Part shown: positions 25,682-38,258 of the stretch, piece by piece
Numbering within the stretch: the first letter of the stretch is position 1
Layout: every line of letters starts with the position of its first letter
From: Eledone cirrhosa
Lineage: Eukaryota
DNA: 64,000 nt
Reading direction: 5' to 3'
NCBI GenBank assembly: GCA_964016885.1
Contig: OZ024740.1
Location: forward strand, 180,234,001-180,298,000
The notes under the pieces: generated by a model
Told to the model about the DNA's origin: nothing
The model's input: the letters and a program-made list of their open reading frames with translations, nothing else
The model's database searches: none
Made by a program: the position numbers and the translations under genes

Positions 25682-25921
25682 ATATCCAGTGCTTTTATCG
25701 AGAATGACACAGCTAGAGACTTATAGAATATGTTTATAAACATACAGAATATTTTCGAATATTCTATGTCTATCTTCACATATATATCGCTATTTCAGAA
25801 CATTTATTCCAATTTCTAATTTCTGCCGGACCGGCAACCGCTCTTTCAAACCAGTTCCTGTACACAGCTAAGTATTCTATAAGTCTCTAGCTGTGTCATT
25901 CTCGATAAAAGCACTGGATAT

Positions 25922-25964
25922 GTAATCCTGAAGATTTCTAATAAGAATGAAACGCGTAGGTTAC
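25922..25964 (+). ncRNA. Minimal type I hammerhead ribozyme, family B (predicted cleavage after 25958)
   Basis: gtaatc-CTGAAGA-t-ttct-aata-agaa-t-GAAAC-GC-GTA-ggttac; stem I extended by a 16-bp inverted repeat attctcgataaaagca/tgcttttatcgagaat. Confidence 0.88.
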
Positions 25965-26230
25965 TTCCCTTGCTTTTATCGAGAATCTAATTGTAATACG
26001 TGACGTATTCTATTCTATAGCGATTAGGTCTTCAAAATGTTTATTATAAACATACAGAATATTTTCGAATATTCTATGTCTATCTTCACATATATATCGC
26101 TATTTCAGAGCATTTATTCCAATTTCTAATTTCTGCCGGACCGGCAACCGCTCTTTCAAACCAGTTCCTGTACACAGCTAAGTATTCTATAAGTCTCTAG
26201 CTGTGTCATTCTCGATAAAGCACTGGATAT

Positions 26231-26273
26231 GTAATCCTGAAGATTTCTAATAAGAATGAAACGCGTAGGTTAC
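26231..26273 (+). ncRNA. Minimal type I hammerhead ribozyme, family B (predicted cleavage after 26267)
   Basis: Identical motif 309 nt downstream of the previous one. Confidence 0.88.
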
Positions 26274-26395
26274 TTCCCTTGCTTTTATCGAGAATCTAAT
26301 TGTAATACGTGACGTATTCTATTCTATAGCGATTAGGTCTTCAAAATGTTTATTATAAACATACAGAATATTTTCGAATATTCTATGTCTATCTT

Positions 26396-26440
<45 letters not shown>

Positions 26441-27089
26441 GTGTGTACACACACACACACATTTATATGTATATATTATATATATATATATATAAAATGT
26501 ATAAACAAATATATATATGTGTGTGTGTGTGTTTGTGTGTATGTGTGTATGTGTATGTGTGTGAATAAAAATGAACAGGAATAAATTACATTAACTTATA
26601 TAAATGTTCTACGAACGGTTCTATCATTAGAGTGAAAACTAAAATTCGTCCTCTGTACAGATTCACTAAAAATCACTTAAACTACATGAATATCATTATT
26701 CCCAGCGATGTACGAATATCGAAAACTGTGTTTGAAAGAGGCGAGTGTAACCCGAGTGAAAGGGCCCGCTTTGAGCGTGAGCCTATAGATTGGGAACAAC
26801 TGAGACTGGCTACATGACCTAGAGTTAAGAGTATCCATTGCTTTATAATAGTTTCTCCCCGAGTGACCATCGAACGACTCCTCCCTATTGAGAAAAGTCC
26901 TTTATTGCACATTTATTGATATCTTCACTTTCTTTTAACATAGTTAAAATATGTGTACATGCAAATCCCGCAAACCACACACACACCAATACACACACTA
27001 TATTTTCGTCCTGTGCTGTCATAATGTTTTCTTGGTGTAAACCCCTTGTGGTTAATAAAGAAATTACCATTGTTTTTATTATGTTCATT

Positions 27090-28800
27090 ATTATTATTTT
27101 GTTGTTATTATTAATTTGATATCTCCGTCAATGATTTTATTCAGCCGCAAAATATGCTATAATGAACATCAAGCCGCTACATGCATCCTCATATAATTAG
27201 GATGTTTCGGCTGGTCCTTGCTGTTCTCAGAAGGCATGCTTTCTGGATCTTTCCAAAAAATTGGGGCTGGAAGAATGTTCTTTAACTAGCCTTGGGAGAT
27301 TTTAGAGATAGTACCTATTGCTCGTATGACGACGGGAAGATTTTGATCTCATGAGAATTCCAAGTCCTCTTTAGTTTCTTAATTTAATTCCTGGTACCTG
27401 TCAATTTTCTCCTCCTTTTCTTACACTCGTGTGTCAAAGGGGCGAGCTACAACTATAATCAAGTAAGATATTTTTATTTGTCAAAAACCACCAGTCCTTT
27501 TCCAGTTATTTCTCCGTTTGTATTTTGATATCCCACTCCTTTACCCGATCGTTTTCTACCCAGGACTCTGTCTTATGATCATCCCATTTCTTGTTTTGTT
27601 TGCATACATTCCAATAAGTCACTTATCCTATGACATATCTCCATTATTAACTTAGCCTTTTATCCTTACGGGATCGATAACATAAAGTACCAATAACACA
27701 CTGGGTAATTGCTGGCCTTCTGCCAAATGTAGAAACAATTATTTTTAGTGAGTCTTGGGCAGGTGCGTACAGTCGTATATGATGCGAGCTACAGTTTCCT
27801 CACTCTCTCACTCCACAGATTCTGCAGAGCAGGTTAACATCCTTTTGTCAATATGGTGTTTCAATACACTGTGTTCTATTGGCTAGCTCATGTCGAGCCA
27901 GTAACATTCCCTCTGTGTCTTTCGTAAGGCCCCCTTTTATAACCAGTTCCGGATCTCTGATTTTTTTTTCTTTGAAAACATGATATGAAAAGACTTTACA
28001 TTAAGGTTGTCCATTAATTTCCACCCCTATTTGCTCATTTACATTCCAGTTTAGAATTACCGCACGGTATTTAATAATAGACACAGCTCGGGAGTTTACT
28101 ACACTTATGGCATTTCTACTATTCAGATGGGATTTTGGCATGTTCCTTACTCTCCTTTTAAATAAAATGTCTTTCATCTCCTTCATTTTATTGCCCTTGA
28201 TGTTATCTGCTTCCAGAACACTCAGATACCTTTATCCATCTTTGGTGCTGATCTCCATCATCATATCACGTGTCTGTACCTCAATTCCGTTGCTTCTCTT
28301 CATTACTAGGACTCCAAAAGCATATATATAGAAATGCCGAAAATACAAACATTGTTAACAAATACACCGAACTCCTTGTCCTGCCAGAAGAGATTAAGGT
28401 AGTCCATGATTAAGGTAAGCTCTCCTCCTCCCAGTTTGTATCCCACCTTCTCTCTTCGCAATACAAGTGACAAAGGTATCAGTGTAAGGTCAAACAATAA
28501 AGGGGAGAGATTGTCTCCTTGGAAACTACTTCTCTTGATTTCCACTCCTCCTAAGGATTCTTCTCCTGCCGTTATCTTTGTCTTCCAGATCTTCATACTA
28601 TTACTTAATACTAGTTTGAAGATTTGCAAGCATTTCGTTATCCAAGAATGAAGAACCATGTCGAATGTTTCTTGTAATCTATCCATGACAAGACAATGAT
28701 ACATCATCTCGCAATCCCTTATCATCATCTTATCATTAAGTACCTGGTCATTTGGTCCACGAGACTTCTTTCACCATCATTTCTGTCCCTCCGCCAGTAG
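27090..28800 (-). mobile_element. R4/Dong-type LINE, heavily degraded, with a SINE-like insert at ~27645-27745
   Basis: Minus-strand FQGDNLSPLLF, MDYLNLF, LNSRNAISVVNSRAVSII and RLE-region remnants; (AAT)n tail near 27090. Confidence 0.8.
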
Positions 28801-30827
28801 GTTGTTTATATTAAGGTGGTGGCAAATTTACTCGTGCTTCTCAGTAATAGTCGGCGTTCAATGAAACTATGGTAAGCAATCTATAAGCGGAGCATGAAGT
28901 AGTGAGACATTATAAATAGGATAACCAGAGAAATACTTTAGATTCATAATGCACTATTTATGATGTACAATTTTCTAAATTGCATAAACACCTTCTATGT
29001 GCTATGTGCAATTTCATAATTCCGGGTTCCTGTAGTTCTAGGCGGATACACAAATATTGCTGGTTTTGTAAGAACAATACCGTTTTGCCGGCAAATATGC
29101 CGACGGAATATTTTACCGTCTTCACAGTTATATAATTACATTTATATTACAAAGCGAAATGAAAATCTTAAGTATAATTCTAACATGATTTCAACAAAAT
29201 TTAAAAAAAAAGTTAAGAGAATACATTTCCAGCACAAGCAAAATAATCAAAGTTTCACGTGAAATATTCTGTAAAATGAGACAGAAGAATAATATTAACA
29301 TGGGAAATAATTAAAAAAATATTGATAAGGTAAGGTAAGATAGTGTAAGAAAATCCATAACGACCTAATAATGGTTTAGGTGGAAGGCCAGTAACTTTGG
29401 GCAGCGGAATGTCGTTTAAATCGACTAAGTACGCTACTGGTACATCATTTTATCGATCTTGGAAGGATTAAAGGCAAAGCGTAAGTCGGCAAGATCTGTA
29501 CTCAGAACGTAAAGTGACGTAAATATATATGGAAATGCCTGTTGTCCAACGCTCTACGGATTACTGCCAATCTACCACACTTACAACCACTTAATAATGG
29601 CCTATATAAACAAGTCTAATATTATTGTTTCACTTTCCACAATTCTGAAACAAAAGTATATATGCCTATATTCCAATGACCTTATTTATCAGATCTGAAC
29701 TGATAACATACATATAATGAAATTCTATACATATCATAATTTCTGAAATGACAGAACATTCAATAAACACTAAATTCTCAAGAGTTACATTAACAAACCT
29801 TAAATTAGAAGAATTGTGTTTAATCATTCTATTCCCAACGGAGGTTTGATGAATCTAATCATAGAATTAAAACAAACTTTGGTTACTTCGGTAAAAACAT
29901 AAATAAGAAATAATTCAACGGACTATTTCGCGGCACACAATACAAAAAACCTCTATGAAGAATATGGAAACTGATATATTTATGGCGATATATTAGAAAA
30001 ATACTACTAATGTGAAATATAGTGATCCTGGTTTAAATGCTTGAAAGAAAAATATTTCAATTTAATTGATGTAGCAATTACAATTTTATTAAAATAACAC
30101 CAAATCGATAATACTAATTTTAAATTCGGTAAGTTTCAACCATAAGTATGTTAGAAAATGTTCATATTAATTTTCCAGCAATCAGAAAAATTGAAAAACT
30201 ATTGTAGTAATGTCCGTTCATTTAGACAGGAAGGCGATCACATACTGTTAAATAATGATGAGTTGTGAGATATTAACTCTCACAAGTACATAATATCGGT
30301 ATGATTAAACAATAAGAACAAATAAAAATAATGGTTCATATTTAGGATATTGCACTCAATATATTGTAAATGCTCATCAGTAATCTGTATTATAAAAAGC
30401 GATGCTAGCAATTGAATATTTATTACACTAAGTATGTTTTCAATTAGGTACACATCATTCTTTAATTAGCTATTTTAGATATTCCTGAAGGCGGAAGCCT
30501 TTTCCGGATGAAAACAGCTCTAATTCCGCGGATCGGTTTCACACTCTGGTTACCGATATCCCATACCTATTTCCACTTTGGCATTTCTTACCAAACTCAT
30601 TAATATCATTTTTTATTTTAGAATCAATGGGGGTTACAACATATACCACCCTTTACGACATCTGTCAGAAATGTAACAGGATTGGGGTTACAAAAAAGAA
30701 TAATTGTTACTACGTTTGGCACAAGGACAGCAATTATCCCAGTGTATTACTGGTACTTTAATTTATAGACCACGTAAGGATGAAAGGCAAAGTTAATAAT
30801 GATTCAAATGTAAAGTACAAACTACCA

Positions 30828-31135
30828 ATTTTCCCATTCGAAATAATACCTATCTATTCTAACGCATTTTCCCATACTTCTCCGCCACGCGTCCATGCAC
30901 TCATCGGAGGATTCTCCCAGGAATCTCAGCAGCTTTAACGTCATGGCCCGCTTAATGGCATCCACGACTGAAAAACGGTGCGTACTCGAAGGTCCACCAG
31001 TGATGACTCATTCCAGAAAGTCTGTTTTGGGTTCAAGACGCTCGGAAGTATTCTGACACACCTGCATTCGCCGCGTCTTCTTGCCATCGTTCTGCAGCTT
31101 CAGCACCATCTTCGTGCAGATTTTCCGCATGCCCG
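30828..31135 (-). mobile_element. Mariner transposase relic, internally deleted
   Basis: Minus strand GMRKICTKMVLKLQNDGKKTRRMQVCQ...VITG joined to RFSVVDAIKRAMT...CMDAWRRSMGKCVRIDRYYFE, matching mariner linker and C-terminal motifs. Confidence 0.8.
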
Positions 31136-31429
31136 AAATGTAATAATTTTACACAACAAATGTAATAATTTTACACACAAATCAACTTGGCCTTTCCTTT
31201 ATCAATATATAATTTTAATCAGATCTCTCATTACACTTTCTAATTCTCAATTGGGAACCATTCCAGCCACGAATATAAAGAACACAACCCATAACAAAAG
31301 TGTTAGCAGAGGCTGATGATTAGAGGTCCCTCTCACAGAAACGCATCAAATAGGCAACCGAAATAACATTTTAATCTAAATAAAAAATTACGTCATCAAT
31401 GTAATAAAATCCATAACCCTCGTTCTCCC

Positions 31430-31507
<78 letters not shown>

Positions 31508-32483
31508 TATATGCATACACATTTATGTGTGTGTGTTTATGTATGAGTTCATATTTACCGACCTATACACATACATACATACATATATGTATCAATTCAA
31601 CTATGCGATTGTAATACTAAATGAGTTACCGCAATTCAAACGTTAAACAACAATTGTAAATACATTCATTCTATTTATTATATAAATAATCGATGGAGTT
31701 GAGTGATCAAATTTTACAATTTGTCTAATTGTGTTAGCCTCATTTTGGAACATTTCGTTTTTCATTTGTATTAACCTAATAGAAATTTAAGACTGAAAAG
31801 GTAATAACATCATTAATCTTTGAAAGTGACCATTGTAATCTAAACCGCTAAGCTATGATTTACTGTAAGAAAATACATACTTCGTGTTAATCCTGCAATT
31901 TAACACTCACCCAGCTGGATAATATATAAATTCGATACTGGTTTGAAGTGTTTAAATGTATAGTATGTATTTGCTTAATGCAGGTAAAGACAGAAATGAA
32001 ATGAGATATTGTCCAGCTGGGTGAGATTTTAAATTGCCGGAATAAACTTTTGTTATTTTAGATGGCATTAAGTTCGGTGAGATATGTTCAAATACACGCG
32101 GTTGGAGAAGCCAACTCTCTATACTAATGAGAGTCACCGCCGGTTGTTTTACATACAAAATTATACAGCAGAAATACTTTATTCTTGTTTCAATACTAAG
32201 TGAGTTAAAGGCACTGATGATGGAAACTTTCATACAAACAATCAGTTACACAAAAACACTTACACACACACATATATATATATTTACATTCGTATATACA
32301 TATAGACACACACACACATATATATATACACGTATACATATATATATATATATATATGCGCGCTACAGATCGATTTTCTCTTTTAAGCGCCGACACATCT
32401 ATGATCTGTGGTAAACAGCTGATGAAGGGATACTTTTCTTCTCTTGTTTACGTCCCGTTTACCTTCTAACACTATATGTATAT

Positions 32484-32986
32484 ATCCTTTTCTCGCTCAC
32501 ATCGCACCCAGGTCGGATGGTCTTTACCTCTCGTCTATTTGTTTCTCCTCTTCCACTCTTTCCGTTGAATTACCATCTATGTTTGTTTACATGTCTCGCT
32601 CGCTTCACCCTATTTTACGTGTCCCAATAACTTTCTTTAGTTAGTGCTCGCACCAACCAGAGGTATAGCCAGTCACTCTTTCTCAGCTGGCCTCTTCCTC
32701 GCCCTTTCACTCACTCACTCTCTGCTTCTCCTCCTCTCTCACTTCCTCCCGTTTGACCTGTGTGAAATCCTTTTCTCGCTCACATCTCGACCAGGTCGGA
32801 TAGCATTTACCTCTCGTCTATGATTTCACCGAACTTCAGTTCATAGATATCACGGACTTGTTTCTCCTCTTCCTCTCTTTCCGTTGCATTACCATCTCTG
32901 TTTGTTTACATATCTCGCTCGCTTCACCCTATTTCACGTGTCCCAATGACTTTCCTTAGTTATTGCTCGCACCAACCAGAGGTATA
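32484..32986. repeat. Imperfect direct duplication of a pyrimidine-rich ~190-bp segment
   Basis: tccttttctcgctcacatc...gctcgcaccaaccagaggtat at ~32484-32667 and ~32768-32986. Confidence 0.75.
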
Positions 32987-33041
32987 TGATCTTTAAAGCG
33001 AAGAAATATCAATGATGGTTGGAAGGTCACTGATGAAGGAC

Positions 33042-33085
<44 letters not shown>

Positions 33086-33607
33086 GAAGTACAGCATAAT
33101 TGAAGCTCTAACGAATGCAATCGGAATGTACAGCTAAGCACTCAAAAAGGTATTTTACGTTAGAATAATAACATTACGTTTAGACAGCTTTGTAAACTGA
33201 AGATTACGACCGGCAAGCCAGCCGCAGGGACGAAAGCAACGAGAGAACTGATTCACGATAATTTGACAAACCTGGACCATCGCGTCGATATTATGCAATA
33301 TCTCCGCTATGTTTCTGTCAATCAGAAATCAACAAAATCCACTTGCGGTGCATGCAAGTTTTGGAAGATCGAACAGAGGATTCACTTTCTCAACAGGTAT
33401 CGGTTCTGAGCCGTGCAGATATATATATATATATCACAGAAAAAAATAGAATCAGTATTGCGACCAATGGAATTTATCGCAACACTGATTCTCTTTTTTT
33501 CTGTGATATCATACTCTGCTCTATTAGAGCATCGAGTGCTCATACGGCCTACTGCATACGGAGTCTTTAAGCATCCAACGCCAATTATATATATATATAT
33601 TTATAAT

Positions 33608-33692
<85 letters not shown>

Positions 33693-34793
33693 AGAGAGAG
33701 AGAGAGAGTAGAGAGAGAGAAAATAAGTAGGAATGAAGTGTCAAAATATCATCATTATATATATTCACGCCTGAGGCTGGTTTCAAGATTTATCAGTTGA
33801 TCCCATGGTAGTGGGATTTTACATCTTTAATGACGTGGCGGAGATAAGCCATCACAAAAACGTTGAATGACTTACGCGTATTGGTATTCTGACTGACGCC
33901 ATGTCTATATTATTCAATATTTATAATTTACACTGTAAAATATGCATGTCATTGTTAATATTGTATGGTTTAAACGGTTTCATTAATATATGTTTCTCTC
34001 TGTATTTCTCTATGGTCTTCTGCCACTCTGAATATGCATCTCTATTTTACCTTCTTGCTTACTCTCAACACCCATCCTTTTGATTTATTTAAATATATCA
34101 ATTTATTTTATTAGGTCTATGCCATGCTGCATTCGATTTCGTGTTTGCACAGTTTAGTCCCCCATCTTTTACTTTATTTTTATCTATCTCTCCTCATCTA
34201 ACTATTCACCTCTCAATTGATATATCTCTTCCATTTTCTCTCTTTCTTTTTTTTACATTTATTCAGGTTTCAATTTCAAATTTTTTTATTTATATCAACT
34301 TTTCTCTAGAATTTTCCAAACCTAATTATGGGTGTGATGTTTTACAGCCAGAAATTGTTTCTTCATCACTTGAGTTTTCGTTTACATAAATAAAATCTAA
34401 CATATGAAAATAGAACTACACAAAAACAATAACAACTTTAATTTGAAGATATTTGAGATAAAGGGTTACATGTAAATAAAAGCACTTTTACAAATTATCT
34501 ACTTCTAGAAAATATTACTTATTAACGTTAACCAATATATATTAAAATAGCACAGTCATGTGTAAATATTTGCTGCCTTTTTAATTCTGTAGGGAATAGT
34601 TATCCTCTATCGAGATTTTACTGTTTGTTTTAGAGTGGATTAAATGGAACTAGCAATACTTATTGTAATCAGAAAATTAGTTTGGCGAAAGAGGTGGTAT
34701 CGGACAAATTTTAAACATATAAACACTCGCACATACATAAATTATACACGTATATAGGCACACACAGATATATATATATGTTTAATATAGAAA

Positions 34794-34844
34794 AGCTTCT
34801 ACAGGACTAGAACTGTTTCATTCGTGAGAAATCATCAGGAAGCT
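34794..34844 (-). ncRNA. Type I hammerhead ribozyme, family C, intact
   Basis: Minus strand agcttc-CTGATGA-t-ttc-tcac-gaa-t-GAAACAG-ttctagtc-CTGTA-gaagct; perfect 6-bp stem I, 4-bp stem III, GUA site; element spans ~34780-35070 between (TA)n tracts. Confidence 0.88.
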
Positions 34845-35068
34845 GGCTGTTCAAGTATGTGGTGGTATTTATATCTCATCTTTTCTGGTGGTAAGTGAGG
34901 CTGAGGGGTTTGGATGGGTGGAGGTCATTGGTTGATGGATATAAAGAAAAGGGATTTCATTAAAGGCTAATTCTTTAAAGCTATAATATTAACAGAGGCA
35001 GAAAGAATACTGTAGACAAGTTCAAATCGGAAAAATCAATCCATGTTCATCTTTTAAACAAGGAATAA

Positions 35069-35128
<60 letters not shown>

Positions 35129-35607
35129 GTTGTATGGTTGAATGAAAAATGCCTCCGTAGGGTGTATGCCGGTTGAGCACTCGATACTCGTGCAGAGCAG
35201 AGTATAATACTATAAGGATAAGGAGCAAGGATTCAGTGTTGCATCATGACATATTTAATAACATATTACCTATGTTTCACTATCGGCCAGCTATTATAGA
35301 TAGAACCTGACTCTGTGATCGAAACGTTGTTAGATATGCTAAGTATATGAATTAGTTTCCGAATCTGTGTGTTCAAATCTCTAGCTATTAGCTATCTAGA
35401 GCACATATTAGCATTATGTTACTCTACGCCCGTTCATTGGTTCATCGTCAGTCTATCTATGCTCGGGGTGGCTGCTCTCAGTCCCCTGGCCAATCAATCG
35501 TTTGCGTTCGGTCGAGGAATGACGCTTGACTGTCATTTACTGCTAGATTTAATCTTCATTTCCTACCGATATCTCCACCCCTGTATAAATATATATATAC
35601 ACAGACA

Positions 35608-35710
<103 letters not shown>

Positions 35711-35901
35711 CCTAATATTCTCTATAAAAACTAAATAGGTCCTCAGTAATATTATTCTGATGAAATGAGAGTAAATAATAACATTGAAATATTGAATGTC
35801 TGCATAACTAAAAGTTTGTAGATAGCTGTTTTAGGTTATGTAACTGTTATAGAAACACGTGTCAATAAATTCCTTTCAACTAAACTGTATCCATTCAAAT
35901 C

Positions 35902-35930
<29 letters not shown>

Positions 35931-35933
<3 letters not shown>

Positions 35934-36212
35934 CGGAAAAAATGAAACGAAATTTCATTTCCCACTCTTAGTACCGCTGTTACTTAAATATAAGTATGTA
36001 CACGTACATACATATATGTATACATACGTACAGTAGTATGTATATATATATATATACATACATGCACACATATATATATGTACGTATGGATTCACCGAAC
36101 ATTTATTATAATGCTCGGTGTGTTTGTAAACAAACATCCCGTATTAAGCCGCAGTGTCTAGCAACCATCGTTGCTCGTTTGTTCAACACTGACAAAGGAA
36201 TGGTGTACTAGT
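35931..36212 (-). mobile_element. Family A copy truncated at the HHR stem III palindrome
   Basis: Matches 2471-2758; same (TA)n|aaacggaaaa end; homology stops at actagt. Confidence 0.85.
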
Positions 36213-36363
36213 ACAGAACGCATACTTATATATATATATATAAGTATGTGTGTGTGTGTGCATATATATATATATATGCACACAGACACACACACACACA
36301 CATATATATATATAAGTATATATGTATGTATTTGTGTGTGTCTGTGTGCATATGTGTGTGTGC

Positions 36364-36400
<37 letters not shown>

Positions 36401-36673
36401 CATATACATACACCCACACACAACTGTCTCCATGAATATAAAGGTGAATGCAGTAAATATTTAAACTATAAAATAAAGTGATGATACGTCACACCATACA
36501 TATGTCTTTGCCGTCGTGTGGTTGGAAGCAAAAATCAAAAATCAAAATAATGAACTAAAATAGGTTATAACAATAAAAGGTTAAAACGTTATAAACGCCA
36601 CACGTGTAGATGCATGGGTATGTGTGAATGATTATAGCTTTGTGTTGTAAGTGAAAAGGTCGTGGTCATAACA

Positions 36674-36979
36674 TCTATATATATAAAACTGAGGATGTCT
36701 GTCTGTGTGTGTGTGTGCTAGTTTAAATCCCTAAAACTCGAGAAGCACCAAACCGACTGTTTTCAAACGTTACACATGTAATACTTATGTTTGAGGAAGT
36801 GTTCTGAGCAAAAGAAATTTCAAATGTTCAATGCCCTAGGGACCGCATTAGGCGAGTTAGCGACCTCTCTCTATAATTCTTAGTCTTTCTCTTTTTAGAT
36901 AGATACATACATATAACGTCGCGCCATTATAATATCTGTCTGTATGTCTGTGTATCTGTATTACGGCACTTCCCTGAGG

Positions 36980-37029
<50 letters not shown>

Positions 37030-37591
37030 TTTTGAATACCTAAAACTCGAGAAGTACCCAACCAACATTTTACAACTTTACATGTGTATTACTTATGTTT
37101 CAGCGAGTGTTATGAACATAAACAAATTAACTTTTTAATCCCCTAGGGCCCGCATTAGGTGAAAAACTGCGTTTTTTCAGGTTTTTAGGGGTGTTTGAGG
37201 CGTTGCGTCAGACCGATTTCCTTGAAAGTTTAACTATGCATTAGTCAGTCTCTTCTTCATACCGTTTTTTATGGCCTAGTGCCCGCATTAGGTGAACAAA
37301 CTTCATTTTTTCAGGTTTTAGGTGTTTTTTGAGGCGTTATGTCTAGCCGATTTTCCCCAAATTTCAAGGCACACTATGCACATAAAAGAATTCATTTTCT
37401 TGATCCCCTAGGTGAAAACCTGCATTTTTCCTGTTTCATCGAGGAAATTCTTAAAGATTATCCAGCCATCAGAGTATTCGGTTTATTTTCTTTACATATT
37501 GTCCACGCATGCAGTTTTTCCACGATTAGGTCTGTTGGCGGCCCGCATTCCAAAATACCTTACCCCGTGCAACGCCGGGTACCACTGCTAG
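36674..37591 (+). mobile_element. Non-autonomous Helitron
   Basis: Starts a|TCTATATATATAAAA; ends with hairpin cccg-tgcaacgc-cggg then CTAG|t; inserted between A and T with no TSD; internal subrepeats ccctaggg.ccgcattagg and cctaaaactcgagaag. Confidence 0.85.
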
Positions 37592-38174
37592 TATATAATA
37601 AATTTGGTTCAATTTTAGGGGTTACATGCTTCAAACAATATACTATAATAATATTAATATATATTTCGTTACCATATCCACCTTAATCAGGATATGTCGG
37701 ACGACAAATAGATACGGTCAGAACTGGGTGAGGTAAACGAAAGGGGGGAAGGATGAACACGTCCCTCTACAGTACACGCTCCGCCATGCGGCGTACTCCT
37801 CTATTATCCGGGTATTCCAGTGCCGAAAAGGTTTAATTCCGCTCTACTACACTAACTATGGAATACTCTGGTGCATTATGGTCCAACAGGTTCCTTACCA
37901 CAATTTCTTTGTTATGTATATATATATACCGCGGCTCGTCAGACCCCTTGCAATATTTCCATTAACAGATCGAATCTTGAGCTGATCAGTGGCGAAACAC
38001 GCGTCACCAATCAATAAACGTAATGAAGGAGTAACCAATCGTCCTTGTTATATTATTTCACTATATTTCACTATAATACACTCTGTCTAGCTCTACACCT
38101 CGACACTGAGGTGAACCTAAACATCAAGTGCTCACCCGTGTGAACGTACAGTAACTCCAAGTTAAACTCCCTGG

Positions 38175-38258
<84 letters not shown>

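Larger units (their letters stand above)
25171..26400. mobile_element. Retrozyme array family B: 310-bp units, ~1.8 units on minus and ~2.2 units on plus, head-to-head, within (TA)n
   Basis: tgctctgaaa at 25181 and 25491 (period 310); inversion point ~25730; near-identical units, each with one HHR. Confidence 0.9.

Noticed and set aside
25171-26400. CRISPR array or ordinary satellite
   Set aside because: No repeat-spacer pattern and no cas genes; eukaryotic context; units carry HHRs and have a dispersed copy.
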